In this document: positions 1 through 8,877 of the stretch, in pieces | Numbering within the stretch: the first letter of the stretch is position 1 | How the letters are laid out: the number at the start of each line of letters is the position of its first letter | Source of the DNA: an uncultured Candidatus Berkelbacteria bacterium | GTDB taxonomy: Bacteria; Patescibacteriota; UBA1384; UBA12157; JAENIV01 | Assembly (NCBI GenBank): GCA_963698075.1 | Contig: OY969116.1 | Coordinates: forward strand, 465,830 to 529,829 | Direction of reading: 5' to 3' | DNA length: 64,000 bases | Notes under the pieces: model-generated | The model's input: only the letters and a program-made list of their open reading frames with translations | Databases searched by the model: none | Told to the model about the DNA's origin: nothing | Made by a program: the position numbers and the translations under genes

Positions 1-194
1 TCTTGCTGAATTAGCAAGTAAGTTTTCTTTTCCATTAAAAACTTTGCTGCCAAGAGACGGCGCGAGAAGTCCTTGATCTCAGCGGAAGAAAAAATGTCTT
101 CTAGAAACATTTCCAATTCAGCTTTGTCTTTTAGATCTCCTAAGGTCTCGACGAATAATTTTTTCGCCTCACTATCAATTCCTTTTTTCGGCAT
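1..194 (-). CDS. Partial CDS (3' end runs off the window): TrpR/YerC-like small DNA-binding protein
   Basis: The minus-strand translation begins MPKKGIDSEAKKLFVETLGDLKDKAELEMFLEDIFSSAEIKDFSRRLLAAKFLMEK. The ATG is at 192-194 (reverse complement), preceded by a GGAGGTGG ribosome-binding site. The call rests on family resemblance only. Confidence 0.35.
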   Translation of the reverse strand, partial: MPKKGIDSEAKKLFVETLGDLKDKAELEMFLEDIFSSAEIKDFSRRLLAAKFLMEKKTYLLIQQ

Positions 195-302
195 TTCCAC
201 CTCCGCATCTAATGTATCACTTCTTAACTGAAAAGTATGGAAGTGGAATACTAAAAGATTTATTGATTTCGAGACATATTTAAGATAAAATAGATTTGTT
301 AG

Positions 303-374
303 GGGCCTGTAGCTCAGTGGTAGAGCAATTGCCTTTTAAGCAATGTGTCGTGGGTTCGATCCCCACCAGGCCCT
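303..374 (+). tRNA. tRNA-Lys (anticodon TTT)
   Basis: Cloverleaf: acceptor GGGCCTG/CAGGCCC, D arm GCTCAGTGGTAGAGC, anticodon stem ATTGC/GCAAT with loop CTTTTAA, T arm GTGGG-TTCGATC-CCCAC, discriminator T. CCA is not encoded. Confidence 0.9.
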
Positions 375-455
375 TTGACTCCTAAATTCCCTTGACAGAT
401 GAGGGATTTTTTGGTAGAGTAAGGTGTCGGAAATTCTGTGGTGGAGGAGTGAGAG

Positions 456-785
456 ATGACTCGAGTTTCGGTTGTCATTTCGCGACAGCACTGCATAGGC
501 CACGCTAATAGAGGTTTTACTGCTAGTTGGAATCCACCGCGTACTTACGACTTCTGGAATGTCAGGGTGCACATATCTCTTGAGCTACTGGATAAAGAAG
601 TACACGGTTCAGAATCATGGCGTTGTGAGACAGAGAAGGAAGCAATCGAGCAAACAAGAAGATTACAGAGTGCCATCAGGAAGACTTTTTCTTCTTGCAA
701 AGTGAGAACGAAAAAACTGGAGACCAATATTGATGGCGACGAAAGTTTATACCCGACATTGAAGGCGGCTATGCACCTTGATTGA
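456..785 (+). CDS. Hypothetical protein (109 aa) in a GC-richer islet
   Basis: The ORF is preceded by GGAGGAG 7 nt upstream of the ATG. I see no recognisable motif and the GC content is higher than the surroundings. Confidence 0.25.
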   Translation: MTRVSVVISRQHCIGHANRGFTASWNPPRTYDFWNVRVHISLELLDKEVHGSESWRCETEKEAIEQTRRLQSAIRKTFSSCKVRTKKLETNIDGDESLYPTLKAAMHLD

Positions 786-1014
786 GGAGATTAGAATGGC
801 AAAGATAGTATGTCCTGCTTGTGGTAGTAGACTGCGACTCATCGAGTATGAAGCATATTCCTATCCTGTCGATGAGGATGGTACTGTCAAACGGTCCTTG
901 GAATCTTCCGTGAGAGTTCAGCCGAAAATAATTTGTGGCAATCCTGGCTGTTCGAGGGAGGGATTTCCCGAGTTTGAATCAATCCATAACGGCCATCATA
1001 TCATTAGACGTTAG
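778..1014 (+). CDS. Small zinc-ribbon protein (78 aa)
   Basis: CPACGS...CGNPGC pairs form a four-Cys zinc ribbon. The ORF is followed directly by an intrinsic terminator. Confidence 0.4.
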   Translation: MIEEIRMAKIVCPACGSRLRLIEYEAYSYPVDEDGTVKRSLESSVRVQPKIICGNPGCSREGFPEFESIHNGHHIIRR

Positions 1015-1043
1015 CCACCAACACACGCTTGGTGGCTTTTTCG
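1013..1043 (+). terminator. Rho-independent terminator
   Basis: The stem GCCACCAA(1014-1021)/TTGGTGGC(1029-1036), separated by a 7-nt loop (ACACACG), is followed by TTTTTCG. Confidence 0.5.
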
Positions 1044-1057
1044 TTAGAAAGCCAATT

Positions 1058-1130
1058 TAGACTTGAGAGTCCTCCAGTATGTGTTATCCTTTAACAAAGT
1101 TATAATAAGCCCAGATAAAGACCTTTGAAT
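1058..1130 (+). repeat. Copy 1 of a ~70-bp intergenic direct repeat
   Basis: GAGTCCTCCAGTATGTGTTATCCTTTAACAAAGTTATAATAAGCCCAGATAAAGACCTTT recurs at 2018-2088 with about 85% identity. The two copies flank the pfkB-family kinase gene. Confidence 0.5.
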
Positions 1131-1207
1131 CTATACCCTTGGTTCAATTTATAACTTTAAGGTTCAAAAATATCGCTTTTTGAGCGATTTTTTTGTAAAA
1201 TAATATT

Positions 1208-2011
1208 ATGAATAAAAAATTAGATTTAGTTGTAATTGGCCATATCTCTTATGATGAGAATAATACACCCTTCGGGACCAGAACCGTTCCAAGCGGCGGA
1301 GCATATTTAGTTGCATTGCCAGCTTCTATTTTCTCCAAAAAAATTGGGATTGTCTCACGAGTTGGGGAAGATTATGATTTAGAAAATTTAAAAAAATTAG
1401 GGATAGACTTAAGCGGGCTAAAAGTTATTTCTGAAGGAAAAACAACCAGATTTTACCACAAGTACAAAACATCCGATGGCTCGAGAAGAGATTTTCGACC
1501 AGAGCTTAATGTTGGGGCAGATTTGATTCCAGAAGACGTACCTAAACAATATTTAAATTCAAAATTTATTCATATTGCGACTATGCCACCACAACAACAG
1601 ATTAAGTTCGTAAATTTTTTGAAATCGAAAACCCAATCTAAGTTAAGCATTGATACTTTGGAACAATATATTCAACAATGGCCAGAAGAAGTTTTAGATG
1701 TTTTTTTAAAGGCTGATTTAATATTTGTAGATAAAAGAGAGCATCAATTGATAGGCGAAATGAAAGGGAAAAATATTGTCATCAAAAGAGGTGCGGAAGG
1801 GGCAGAATACATTTACGAGGGAAAAACTATTAAAGCCCCTGCACCAAAAATAAGAGTAGTTGACAAAACCGGAGCGGGAGATGTTCTCGCGGGTGTTTTT
1901 TTGACGTTGCTAGCTCGGGGCAAAGAACCGACCTTCTCATTAAAAAAAGCTGTTGATTTAGCTTCCAAATCAGTAACAGAATTCGGGATAGATTTTCTTT
2001 TAGAAAGATAA
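1208..2011 (+). CDS. PfkB-family carbohydrate kinase (ribokinase-like)
   Basis: The C-terminal VDKTGAGDVLAGVF matches the PfkB DTxGAGD signature. Length and domain order fit the family. Confidence 0.8.
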   Translation: MNKKLDLVVIGHISYDENNTPFGTRTVPSGGAYLVALPASIFSKKIGIVSRVGEDYDLENLKKLGIDLSGLKVISEGKTTRFYHKYKTSDGSRRDFRPELNVGADLIPEDVPKQYLNSKFIHIATMPPQQQIKFVNFLKSKTQSKLSIDTLEQYIQQWPEEVLDVFLKADLIFVDKREHQLIGEMKGKNIVIKRGAEGAEYIYEGKTIKAPAPKIRVVDKTGAGDVLAGVFLTLLARGKEPTFSLKKAVDLASKSVTEFGIDFLLER

Positions 2012-2017
2012 TTTTGG

Positions 2018-2088
2018 TTTAAGAGTCCTCCAGTACTCGTTATCCTTCAAAAGAGTTATAATAAGGTCAGACAAAGACCTTTTTTTAA
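2018..2088 (+). repeat. Copy 2 of the ~70-bp intergenic direct repeat
   Basis: AAGAGTCCTCCAGTACTCGTTATCCTTCAAAAGAGTTATAATAAGGTCAGACAAAGACCTTTTTTT is near-identical to 1058-1130. Confidence 0.5.
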
Positions 2089-2116
2089 AAAACGTAAAAG
2101 CCGCCAGTCATTGTTC

Positions 2117-2335
2117 TCAACCAGCAGCTAATTGATCTAGGTATCTTTGGGCGCTTTCCCGCATTACTTGCTTGGCGGCTTTCTTCATGAGTATCTTTCG
2201 GCTGAAGCCTTTGGGAAAAAGGCCGAGTAATCTCTCAGGATGGTCTGACAATTGCCACAATAGATGATGCTTGCATTGGTGGGTTGATGGTATGATGGCA
2301 ATATGGGTTCGCGCAATACTCCTCAAAGGAAACAT
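2117..2335 (-). CDS. Hypothetical small protein (72 aa) in a GC-richer patch
   Basis: This ORF lies downstream of lepA on the same strand. I see no recognisable motif. Confidence 0.2.
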   Translation of the reverse strand: MFPLRSIARTHIAIIPSTHQCKHHLLWQLSDHPERLLGLFPKGFSRKILMKKAAKQVMRESAQRYLDQLAAG

Positions 2336-2382
2336 GAAGTTCCACTCGGGTTCACCCCCTTTGTTCGAGTTCTAAGTATACA

Positions 2383-4260
2383 TTATCGTTGTAACATTTT
2401 CAAAAATACGTCGTCGGGAATTTGGACTTTGCCGAGTTGTTTCATTTTTTTCTTTCCTGCGGCTTGTTTTTTAAGAAGTTTGTTTTTCCTAGTAACGTCG
2501 CCGCCGTAAAGTTTAGCAATCACATCTTTACGCATTGCCGGGATATCTTCGCGGGCTAAAATTTTATTATTGACCGCCGCTTGAATTGAAACTTCGAACA
2601 TTTGCCGCGGGATAAGTTCTTTTAATTTTAAGACTAAATTTTTAGCTTCGGACATCATCTTATGGCGGGGGATAACCCGCGAGAATTCCTCGACTTTGTC
2701 GCCGGCAATTAAAACATCTAATTTTACTAAATCACCCGGACGGTAGCCGATGAATTCATAATTTTGCGACGCATATCCGGACGAGACAGATTTTAATTTA
2801 TCGTAAAAATCAACAATAATTTCCGCCAAAGGCACCTCGTATTCCAAAATTGTGCGGTCGCCTAAATAATTTGTATTTTTATAGATTGCCCGCCGCGATT
2901 GCACGAGTTCCATCACCGGCCCCACATATTCCTGCGGTGTTATAATCTCCAACCGCACCCACGGCTCTTCATAGTTGTTAGGTGTAAGTTTTAATCGATA
3001 TGCCACTTGGGGTTGAGTCACGATCAAATTGAGTCCGTATTCGCGTTCTAAACGCTCTTTGACGATTTCTAAATGTAATAACCCCAAAAAACCACAGCGA
3101 AATCCCTGGCCAAAGCTTTTTGATGATTCCGGTGTAAAATTTAAACTCGAATCATTAAGCGAAAGTTTTTCTAACGATTGGCGTAAAAGTTGGGGATCGC
3201 CGCCTTGAATATAGAAACTGGCAAAGACGAAACTTTTAGGAATTTTAAAACCCAAAATAGGGGAGACCGAAACGGGGGAGTCGCCCGTGATGGTATCGCC
3301 AACTTTAATATTTTTTAATTCCCGCTCGCCAGTGACAACGTAGCCGATCTCACCTACTTTCAAAAATTCGCATGGCTCATATTTTAGACGAAAGCTCCCC
3401 ACCTCGGTGGCAGTCTCAGTATTACTTGTTCCTAAAAATTTAATTTTATCGCCTTTTTTTACTTCCCCCTCGAAGACTCTCACATAAGCAATGGCTCCAC
3501 GAAATTCATCATAGACAGAATCAAAAATCAGGGCTTTAAAATCGCACACCCTCTCCCCTTTTGGCGCCGGTACACGATTAATAATTTCTTGTAATAGATT
3601 TTCCACGCCCTCACCGGTTTTAGCCGAGATTAATAATATTGCTTTTTCATCAATATTTAAGAGTTTCGCTATCTCCTCTTTCGTCTCTTCTATCCTTGCG
3701 CCTGGCAAATCAATTTTATTAATCACGGGAATAATTTTTAAATTGTGTTCTTGGGCGATACCTGTCTGCCGACAGGCAAGATGCAAATTCGCCAACGTTT
3801 GGGCCTGGATTCCTTTCGTCGCATCTACTAACAAAATCGCGCCCTCAACCGCCGCTAGCGACCGCGAAACTTCGTAGGAAAAATCAACATGACCAGGAGT
3901 ATCAATCAAATTCAGAATATATTCTGAATTTGCAATTTTTAAATCCGAATTTCTAATGTCTAAACTATTTGAATTTTTACTATTTTGAATTGAATGCCTT
4001 GCCTCTGGCAGTGGGGATTTGTTTAGGATTTCGGATTTAGGATTTAGGATTTCATGATTTGGTCTCCAAATCATGGTAACTGGTTGTAATTTAATTGTTA
4101 TCCCCCGCTCGCGTTCGAGATCCATCGTATCGAGCATTTGCGGTTTTAGTTTTTCGTGAGCGACGGTGCCGGTAATTTCCAACATCCTATCAGCCAAAGT
4201 TGATTTGCCGTGATCAATGTGAGCGATTATAACGAAGTTGCGTATATTTTCTTGATTCAT
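2383..4260 (-). CDS. lepA: Translation elongation factor 4 (LepA)
   Basis: N-terminal IIAHIDHGKSTLADR (G1) and LIDTPGHVDFSYEVSRSL (G3) are present, with full-length collinearity to LepA. A low-complexity insert of about 41 aa lies between the ITIK and DTPGH motifs. Confidence 0.9.
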   Translation of the reverse strand: MNQENIRNFVIIAHIDHGKSTLADRMLEITGTVAHEKLKPQMLDTMDLERERGITIKLQPVTMIWRPNHEILNPKSEILNKSPLPEARHSIQNSKNSNSLDIRNSDLKIANSEYILNLIDTPGHVDFSYEVSRSLAAVEGAILLVDATKGIQAQTLANLHLACRQTGIAQEHNLKIIPVINKIDLPGARIEETKEEIAKLLNIDEKAILLISAKTGEGVENLLQEIINRVPAPKGERVCDFKALIFDSVYDEFRGAIAYVRVFEGEVKKGDKIKFLGTSNTETATEVGSFRLKYEPCEFLKVGEIGYVVTGERELKNIKVGDTITGDSPVSVSPILGFKIPKSFVFASFYIQGGDPQLLRQSLEKLSLNDSSLNFTPESSKSFGQGFRCGFLGLLHLEIVKERLEREYGLNLIVTQPQVAYRLKLTPNNYEEPWVRLEIITPQEYVGPVMELVQSRRAIYKNTNYLGDRTILEYEVPLAEIIVDFYDKLKSVSSGYASQNYEFIGYRPGDLVKLDVLIAGDKVEEFSRVIPRHKMMSEAKNLVLKLKELIPRQMFEVSIQAAVNNKILAREDIPAMRKDVIAKLYGGDVTRKNKLLKKQAAGKKKMKQLGKVQIPDDVFLKMLQR

Positions 4261-4991
4261 TAGATCAATTTAGACAAAAGAAATATTAAACCAAAACCAA
4301 CCAAGGTTGCTAAAATTGTTGGAATTGATGAGTGGCGATGGTGGGCTTCGGGCAATAAATTAGCAGCCGCAATATAGATAAAAATGCCGGCGACCACAGC
4401 TAACAAGATTCCTAAAATTGCCGGTGGAAAGCCGACGAAAAAAACAAAGACGCCGATGACTGGCGTAATCGCATCGGCTAAAATCCACCAAATCATCTCT
4501 CGCCATGGCCGATCCGAAGGCAACAAAACCGCTACCACGCTGACCCCATCGGTCCAATCATGGGCAATGACTGCCAGTCCGACAATTATTCCCAATTTTA
4601 AACCAGCCTGAAAGGCCAAACCAATCACTACCCCATCCAATAATGAATGGAAAACCAAACTGGCAGCGGCAAATCTCCCTGCCCGGCGGGAATGTAAAAC
4701 ATTTTCACATCTGCCGTCAGTACATGACGGTAAAATACTTAAACGCTCAATGATATGATAGAACAAAAATCCGCCAATGGCTGCCAGAAGAATCATTTGT
4801 AAATTATTTTCCGTAATTCCACTTAAGCGATATGATTCCGGCAACAAATCCAAAAAGGCAGCGGTAATCAGTACGCCGGCGGAAAAACTGATAATCAAAT
4901 GAAGTTTGTCTTGCGAACGGTAAGCGAACAGTCCGCCAATTATTGTAAAAACAAATGTTAATACAGCAAAGCCGAAAAGTAAATAAATCAT
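4260..4991 (-). CDS. ZIP-family divalent metal transporter (ZupT-like)
   Basis: Polytopic membrane protein with His-rich motifs (HHRHS, AHDWTDG) typical of ZIP transporters. Confidence 0.55.
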   Translation of the reverse strand: MIYLLFGFAVLTFVFTIIGGLFAYRSQDKLHLIISFSAGVLITAAFLDLLPESYRLSGITENNLQMILLAAIGGFLFYHIIERLSILPSCTDGRCENVLHSRRAGRFAAASLVFHSLLDGVVIGLAFQAGLKLGIIVGLAVIAHDWTDGVSVVAVLLPSDRPWREMIWWILADAITPVIGVFVFFVGFPPAILGILLAVVAGIFIYIAAANLLPEAHHRHSSIPTILATLVGFGLIFLLSKLI

Positions 4992-6415
4992 TTTTCTTTT
5001 TCTATCATCTCCAAGGCTTCCTCGCGTATGGAAATTTTACCGTCCAAATAAGCTTGCTCAATTTTTGTCTTTATCTCCCCCACTTTTGGACCTGAATCAA
5101 TTTTTAAAATGTCCATAATATCCTGGCCTGTGATAAGCGTAAATTTTTTCACTTGTTGCTTTTCTTCGACGCTGGCTTCTTTTTCAAATTTTTCTTTTTT
5201 CTTTGTTGCTTCTTCATACATTGATAAATCAGCTTTCAAATCCGGACGCAAAGATGCCGCTAAATCCGCTTTAGTTAAATCTAACAATAAATCAATATGC
5301 GGGTGAGTAAACAAACGTTTTTGTTTTCGCTCACTCATCCCCCGAAAGGCATGGATGATCCGCATATGTTGGGAAATCGCCCAAACACAAGCGTCAATAA
5401 ATTCACGGGAAAATTTTAGCCGATCTAAAATCAGCCGTGCCATTTTAGCGCTTTCTTCATCGTGTTCAAAAAAAGTAATTTTACTTTTAGGATGATCGCG
5501 GAAACCTTGGGTTTGGGGTTTAGCAATATCGTGAAGCAAAACCGTCCAGGCCAATTCAACCGAAGGGTTTTCTAATTTTTCCATCGCCATTAAAGTATGA
5601 ATCCAAACATCGCCTTCGCTGTGAAATTCTGGCGGTTGAGCGACGCCGCGTAATTGAATAAGCTCGGGCAAAATCTCTTTTAGTAACCCTAACGATTCCA
5701 TTTGCATCAGCGCTTGTTCTCGCCCAGGTCCACAAATTATCGTCGAAAGTTCCTCACGAATTCTTTCAGCAGAAATTTTATTGATGTTTTTGGCTTCTTT
5801 TTTAATCGCTTCCGCCGCCTCAAAATCCAAAGCAAAACCCAAGCGATGAGTAAAACGAACGGCGCGAAGCATTCGTAGATAATCTTCGTCAATCCGCCAC
5901 TTTGGCAGGCCGACAAAACGAACAATTTTATTTTTTAAATCTTCGATGCCACCCGTAAAATCAATAATTTCCGATTTTTGGGAATCATAAAACAAAGCAT
6001 TGATCGTAAAATCGCGGCGTCGTGAATCATTTTCCGCCGAAGTGAACTCTACTCTCATGGGTCGACGATGGTCAGCCGTGCCAATATCAACGCGGAAAGT
6101 GGCAACTTCAAATTCAAAGTCGCCATTTTTGACGACAATGATGCCGAATGCTTTCCCTTGCTCGCGGTAGTTTTTAAATAATTTTTTGACCTCTTCCGGC
6201 TTGGCGGCTGTGGCAATATCAATGTCATGGGCTTCTTTTTCCAAATACAAATCACGGACAGCCCCGCCGGCAATATAGGTTTCAAAGCCAGCTTCCTGGA
6301 GTTTTTTGACAATTCCAAAAGCCGCCGCTTCTTCAGTGGTTGGCTGGCGTTTAATTTTGAATTCAATTGTCTCCATAGTAAATAAACCCACGATTAACAC
6401 CTGTGATATATCCAC
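4988..6415 (-). CDS. cca: CCA-adding tRNA nucleotidyltransferase with HD domain
   Basis: The polymerase-beta head motif GGAVRDL...DIDIAT is followed by an HD phosphohydrolase motif (LLHDIAK). Confidence 0.8.
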   Translation of the reverse strand: MDISQVLIVGLFTMETIEFKIKRQPTTEEAAAFGIVKKLQEAGFETYIAGGAVRDLYLEKEAHDIDIATAAKPEEVKKLFKNYREQGKAFGIIVVKNGDFEFEVATFRVDIGTADHRRPMRVEFTSAENDSRRRDFTINALFYDSQKSEIIDFTGGIEDLKNKIVRFVGLPKWRIDEDYLRMLRAVRFTHRLGFALDFEAAEAIKKEAKNINKISAERIREELSTIICGPGREQALMQMESLGLLKEILPELIQLRGVAQPPEFHSEGDVWIHTLMAMEKLENPSVELAWTVLLHDIAKPQTQGFRDHPKSKITFFEHDEESAKMARLILDRLKFSREFIDACVWAISQHMRIIHAFRGMSERKQKRLFTHPHIDLLLDLTKADLAASLRPDLKADLSMYEEATKKKEKFEKEASVEEKQQVKKFTLITGQDIMDILKIDSGPKVGEIKTKIEQAYLDGKISIREEALEMIEKEK

Positions 6416-6677
6416 AGGGGTTTACAAGATGATTTTAACACAAATTAACCTCATCGTCGATTATCTCTTGACTTGGAGAAGTTATCCTGCCGAAAAGCAG
6501 GAAAAGACCGCCGATTATTGACGGAGGGATTTATATATGTTATTGTTGGAATATACGCTTCATCGCGAAAGGAGGCGAGGCCTATCGCATCATACCAACA
6601 TTGTCCTACAAACCAGCAGTAAACGCAGTTTCCGCAGTAGTAGTTACCGCAGAATATCCTTGGAGGAAGAGGAGCCC

Positions 6678-6857
6678 ATGGGCGACGAATGCAAGCCGAA
6701 GGTAGTGGTCGTGACGCTGCCGAAGTGTTTGGCAGGCAGCGGAGTCAGGATCAAGTTCAGCGATTGCGCAACTGAAGCCTCGGTGTGCGTCCAGGACGTC
6801 TGCTGCGAGGCCAAGCCGGCCGCACCGGCCGCACCGGCCGCAGGCGCGACCACGTAG
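6678..6857 (+). CDS. Small cysteine-rich peptide (59 aa) in the GC-rich island
   Basis: GGAGG lies 11 nt upstream of the ATG at 6678. The product is MGDECKPKVVVVTLPKCLAGSGVRIKFSDCATEASVCVQDVCCEAKPAAPAAPAAGATT with six Cys. A strong terminator follows. Confidence 0.3.
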   Translation: MGDECKPKVVVVTLPKCLAGSGVRIKFSDCATEASVCVQDVCCEAKPAAPAAPAAGATT

Positions 6858-6886
6858 GTCGCGAGAGGCGAAGTGATCAGTCCAAG

Positions 6887-6924
6887 GGCGGGTCGACACG
6901 AGGTCGACCCGCCCCTCTTTTTTA
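6887..6924 (+). terminator. Strong rho-independent terminator
   Basis: A 12-bp GC-rich stem GGGCGGGTCGAC/GTCGACCCGCCC with loop ACGA is followed by CTCTTTTTTAT. Confidence 0.6.
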
Positions 6925-6999
6925 TATAGGACTCTTGATTTCTTTTCTTAATTTGATATAGTCTGAATATCTGATCGCACCCAGAGAGGAGCCCGAAGC

Positions 7000-8289
7000 A
7001 TGTCCTTCAAACCCAGGAATCCGCTCGACGAACTGCTCAAGCTCAGCGATCAAGAACTGCTAGAGCGCGGCATCATCACGGCTCGAGAAATCGCCCAACA
7101 ACCAGAAATGTGGCGTGATACGGCCAGAAGATTCGTAAACTTTGCCCCGGGACTTATGAATCAAGACAACACTGCAACTTACGGTCTACTTGACGTCCAT
7201 CATTATGACTGGGGTGTTCCTCAGGCGGCAAAGCTACCTCATGAGATTATCTTCACCGGCGCTGGCACTTCTCATTTCGTCGGTCTCTGCGTCATGGATG
7301 CCGTAGGCAAGGGACTTGGTCTGCGCACACTCGCCATCCCCACCACCGATATCGTCACCCATCCCGAAGATGCCTTTCGCGTTGTCTGGGGCGAAGACTG
7401 GCCAAGCATATTGGTTTCCTTTGCTCGATCCGGCAACAGTCCCGAAAGTCTGGCGGTCATCGATATTGCTTTCAAGCAATGGCATCTTTTGCGACACCTG
7501 GTAATCACCTGTAATCCGGACGGCCAACTGGCAAAACGAGTGCAAACAACATCCAAAAGCCAGGTGCTTGTCCTCCATCCGGCAACGAATGACCGGGGGT
7601 TGGCGATGACCAGTTCCTTCACCTCAATGGTCATTGCTGGCTTAGGACTTGCTTACTTACTAAAGGGAGAACCTCTTTCCCCCCGCTACTGCGCCGACGT
7701 TGCCATTGCCGCCAAAGCGGCTGAACATCTCATGCGGGAATATGCCTACTACATAGAGCAGCTCATCAATCACAATGACTTCCGGCGGGCCTGCTTCCTC
7801 GGCTCAGGTTCGCTTTACGGCGCAGCGGTGGAGTCTCATCTCAAACTCCAGGAACTGACGGACGGCCAAATCATCTGCCTGGCTGATACCTTCCTCGGCA
7901 TCCGTCACGGTCCGCGCGCCGCCATCCGCGACGACACCCTCGTCGTCTATTTCCTCTCTTCTGACCCGGCGGTCAGACGCTACGAGATGGACCTTGTCCG
8001 CCAAAACCTCGAGCAGAAAGTTGGTGCCGCCCATGTAATGGTTTGCGCCAACGATCCGGAATATGAGATCGGCAAGCTCACGACGGCCAAGGGACCATTT
8101 CGCTGGGACTTCGGTGTGCCGAAGAAAGACCAGCTTCCCGACCACATGCTTGCCCCGGTAATGACGATCGTTGGCCAACTTCTCGGTTTCTTCGCCTCGC
8201 TTAAGTACGGCTTCAAACCGGATACGCCCAGCGCGAGCGGCTCGATCAGCCGCGTTGTCGAGGGCGTGACAATCTACCCACGCGAATAG
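7000..8289 (+). CDS. SIS-domain sugar isomerase, AgaS/GlmS-C-like (putative tagatose-6-phosphate or glucosamine-6-phosphate isomerase)
   Basis: Two SIS-like segments and an N-terminal region resembling the AgaS family. The gene is about 55% GC, far above background. Confidence 0.6.
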   Translation: MSFKPRNPLDELLKLSDQELLERGIITAREIAQQPEMWRDTARRFVNFAPGLMNQDNTATYGLLDVHHYDWGVPQAAKLPHEIIFTGAGTSHFVGLCVMDAVGKGLGLRTLAIPTTDIVTHPEDAFRVVWGEDWPSILVSFARSGNSPESLAVIDIAFKQWHLLRHLVITCNPDGQLAKRVQTTSKSQVLVLHPATNDRGLAMTSSFTSMVIAGLGLAYLLKGEPLSPRYCADVAIAAKAAEHLMREYAYYIEQLINHNDFRRACFLGSGSLYGAAVESHLKLQELTDGQIICLADTFLGIRHGPRAAIRDDTLVVYFLSSDPAVRRYEMDLVRQNLEQKVGAAHVMVCANDPEYEIGKLTTAKGPFRWDFGVPKKDQLPDHMLAPVMTIVGQLLGFFASLKYGFKPDTPSASGSISRVVEGVTIYPRE

Positions 8290-8349
8290 ATCATCGTTCT
8301 TATACCAGGCGGTTCGACATTTGTCGGACCGCTTTCGCTATAGTTTTGT

Positions 8350-8877
8350 TCATTTTATCAACCCCCTTAAAAACTCCAAATCAATACTATGAAAATGATT
8401 GAACCCGGGCAAGATATGGATTCTGCCGGTAAGCGCTTCGGCATATTTTTTACCGTGGTCTAAAGACACGGCCATATCTTCGTCTTGGTAAACTAAATCA
8501 AACTTGGGACAATTAGTTTTAATTTTTTGCCAGTCAAAATTCCCCTCGAAAAAATTTTCTAAAGCTCCAAATTTCATTGACTCAAATGGCGTCGCCACCA
8601 ATATCGCCTGCTTTATCTTTTTAGGCGCTTTTTCTAAATATCGCAGAATTACTACCCCACCCAAAGAATGGCCAATCAAAATCCAATTCGCATCGACTCG
8701 GAATTTATCGATAACCTTGATCCATTCTTCTTGTTTAGGAAAATAATCGCCCGGGAGTTCCGGAACTTCCACATACCAACCCAATTTTTCCCACTGAACT
8801 TTGGCCTGCCAAAACCAATGGTCCTGGGGGCTGGCATTCCAACCATGCAAAATCAAAATCTTTTTAGGCATTGTCAT
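8350..8877 (-). CDS. Alpha/beta-hydrolase-fold serine hydrolase (YdeN/RBBP9-like esterase)
   Basis: GHSLGG nucleophile-elbow motif in a roughly 175-aa single-domain protein. Confidence 0.55.
   Translation of the reverse strand: MTMPKKILILHGWNASPQDHWFWQAKVQWEKLGWYVEVPELPGDYFPKQEEWIKVIDKFRVDANWILIGHSLGGVVILRYLEKAPKKIKQAILVATPFESMKFGALENFFEGNFDWQKIKTNCPKFDLVYQDEDMAVSLDHGKKYAEALTGRIHILPGFNHFHSIDLEFLRGLIK

Noticed and set aside
4025-4065. Short tandem repeats (GGATTTAG x3) that looked like a possible VNTR or CRISPR-like feature
   Set aside because: They lie inside the lepA reading frame and are translated as part of the LepA insertion. There is no spacer/repeat array structure.
6537-6899. Overlapping ORFs of 106 aa (+), 97 aa (-) and 69 aa (-) in the GC-rich patch
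   Set aside because: High-GC DNA yields long spurious ORFs on both strands. Only the internal 59-aa frame has a ribosome-binding site plus terminator. The antisense frames have no start context.
7234-8216. Several 60-124-aa antisense ORFs inside the AgaS-like gene
   Set aside because: These are GC-rich antisense artefacts. The sense strand gives a full-length SIS isomerase.
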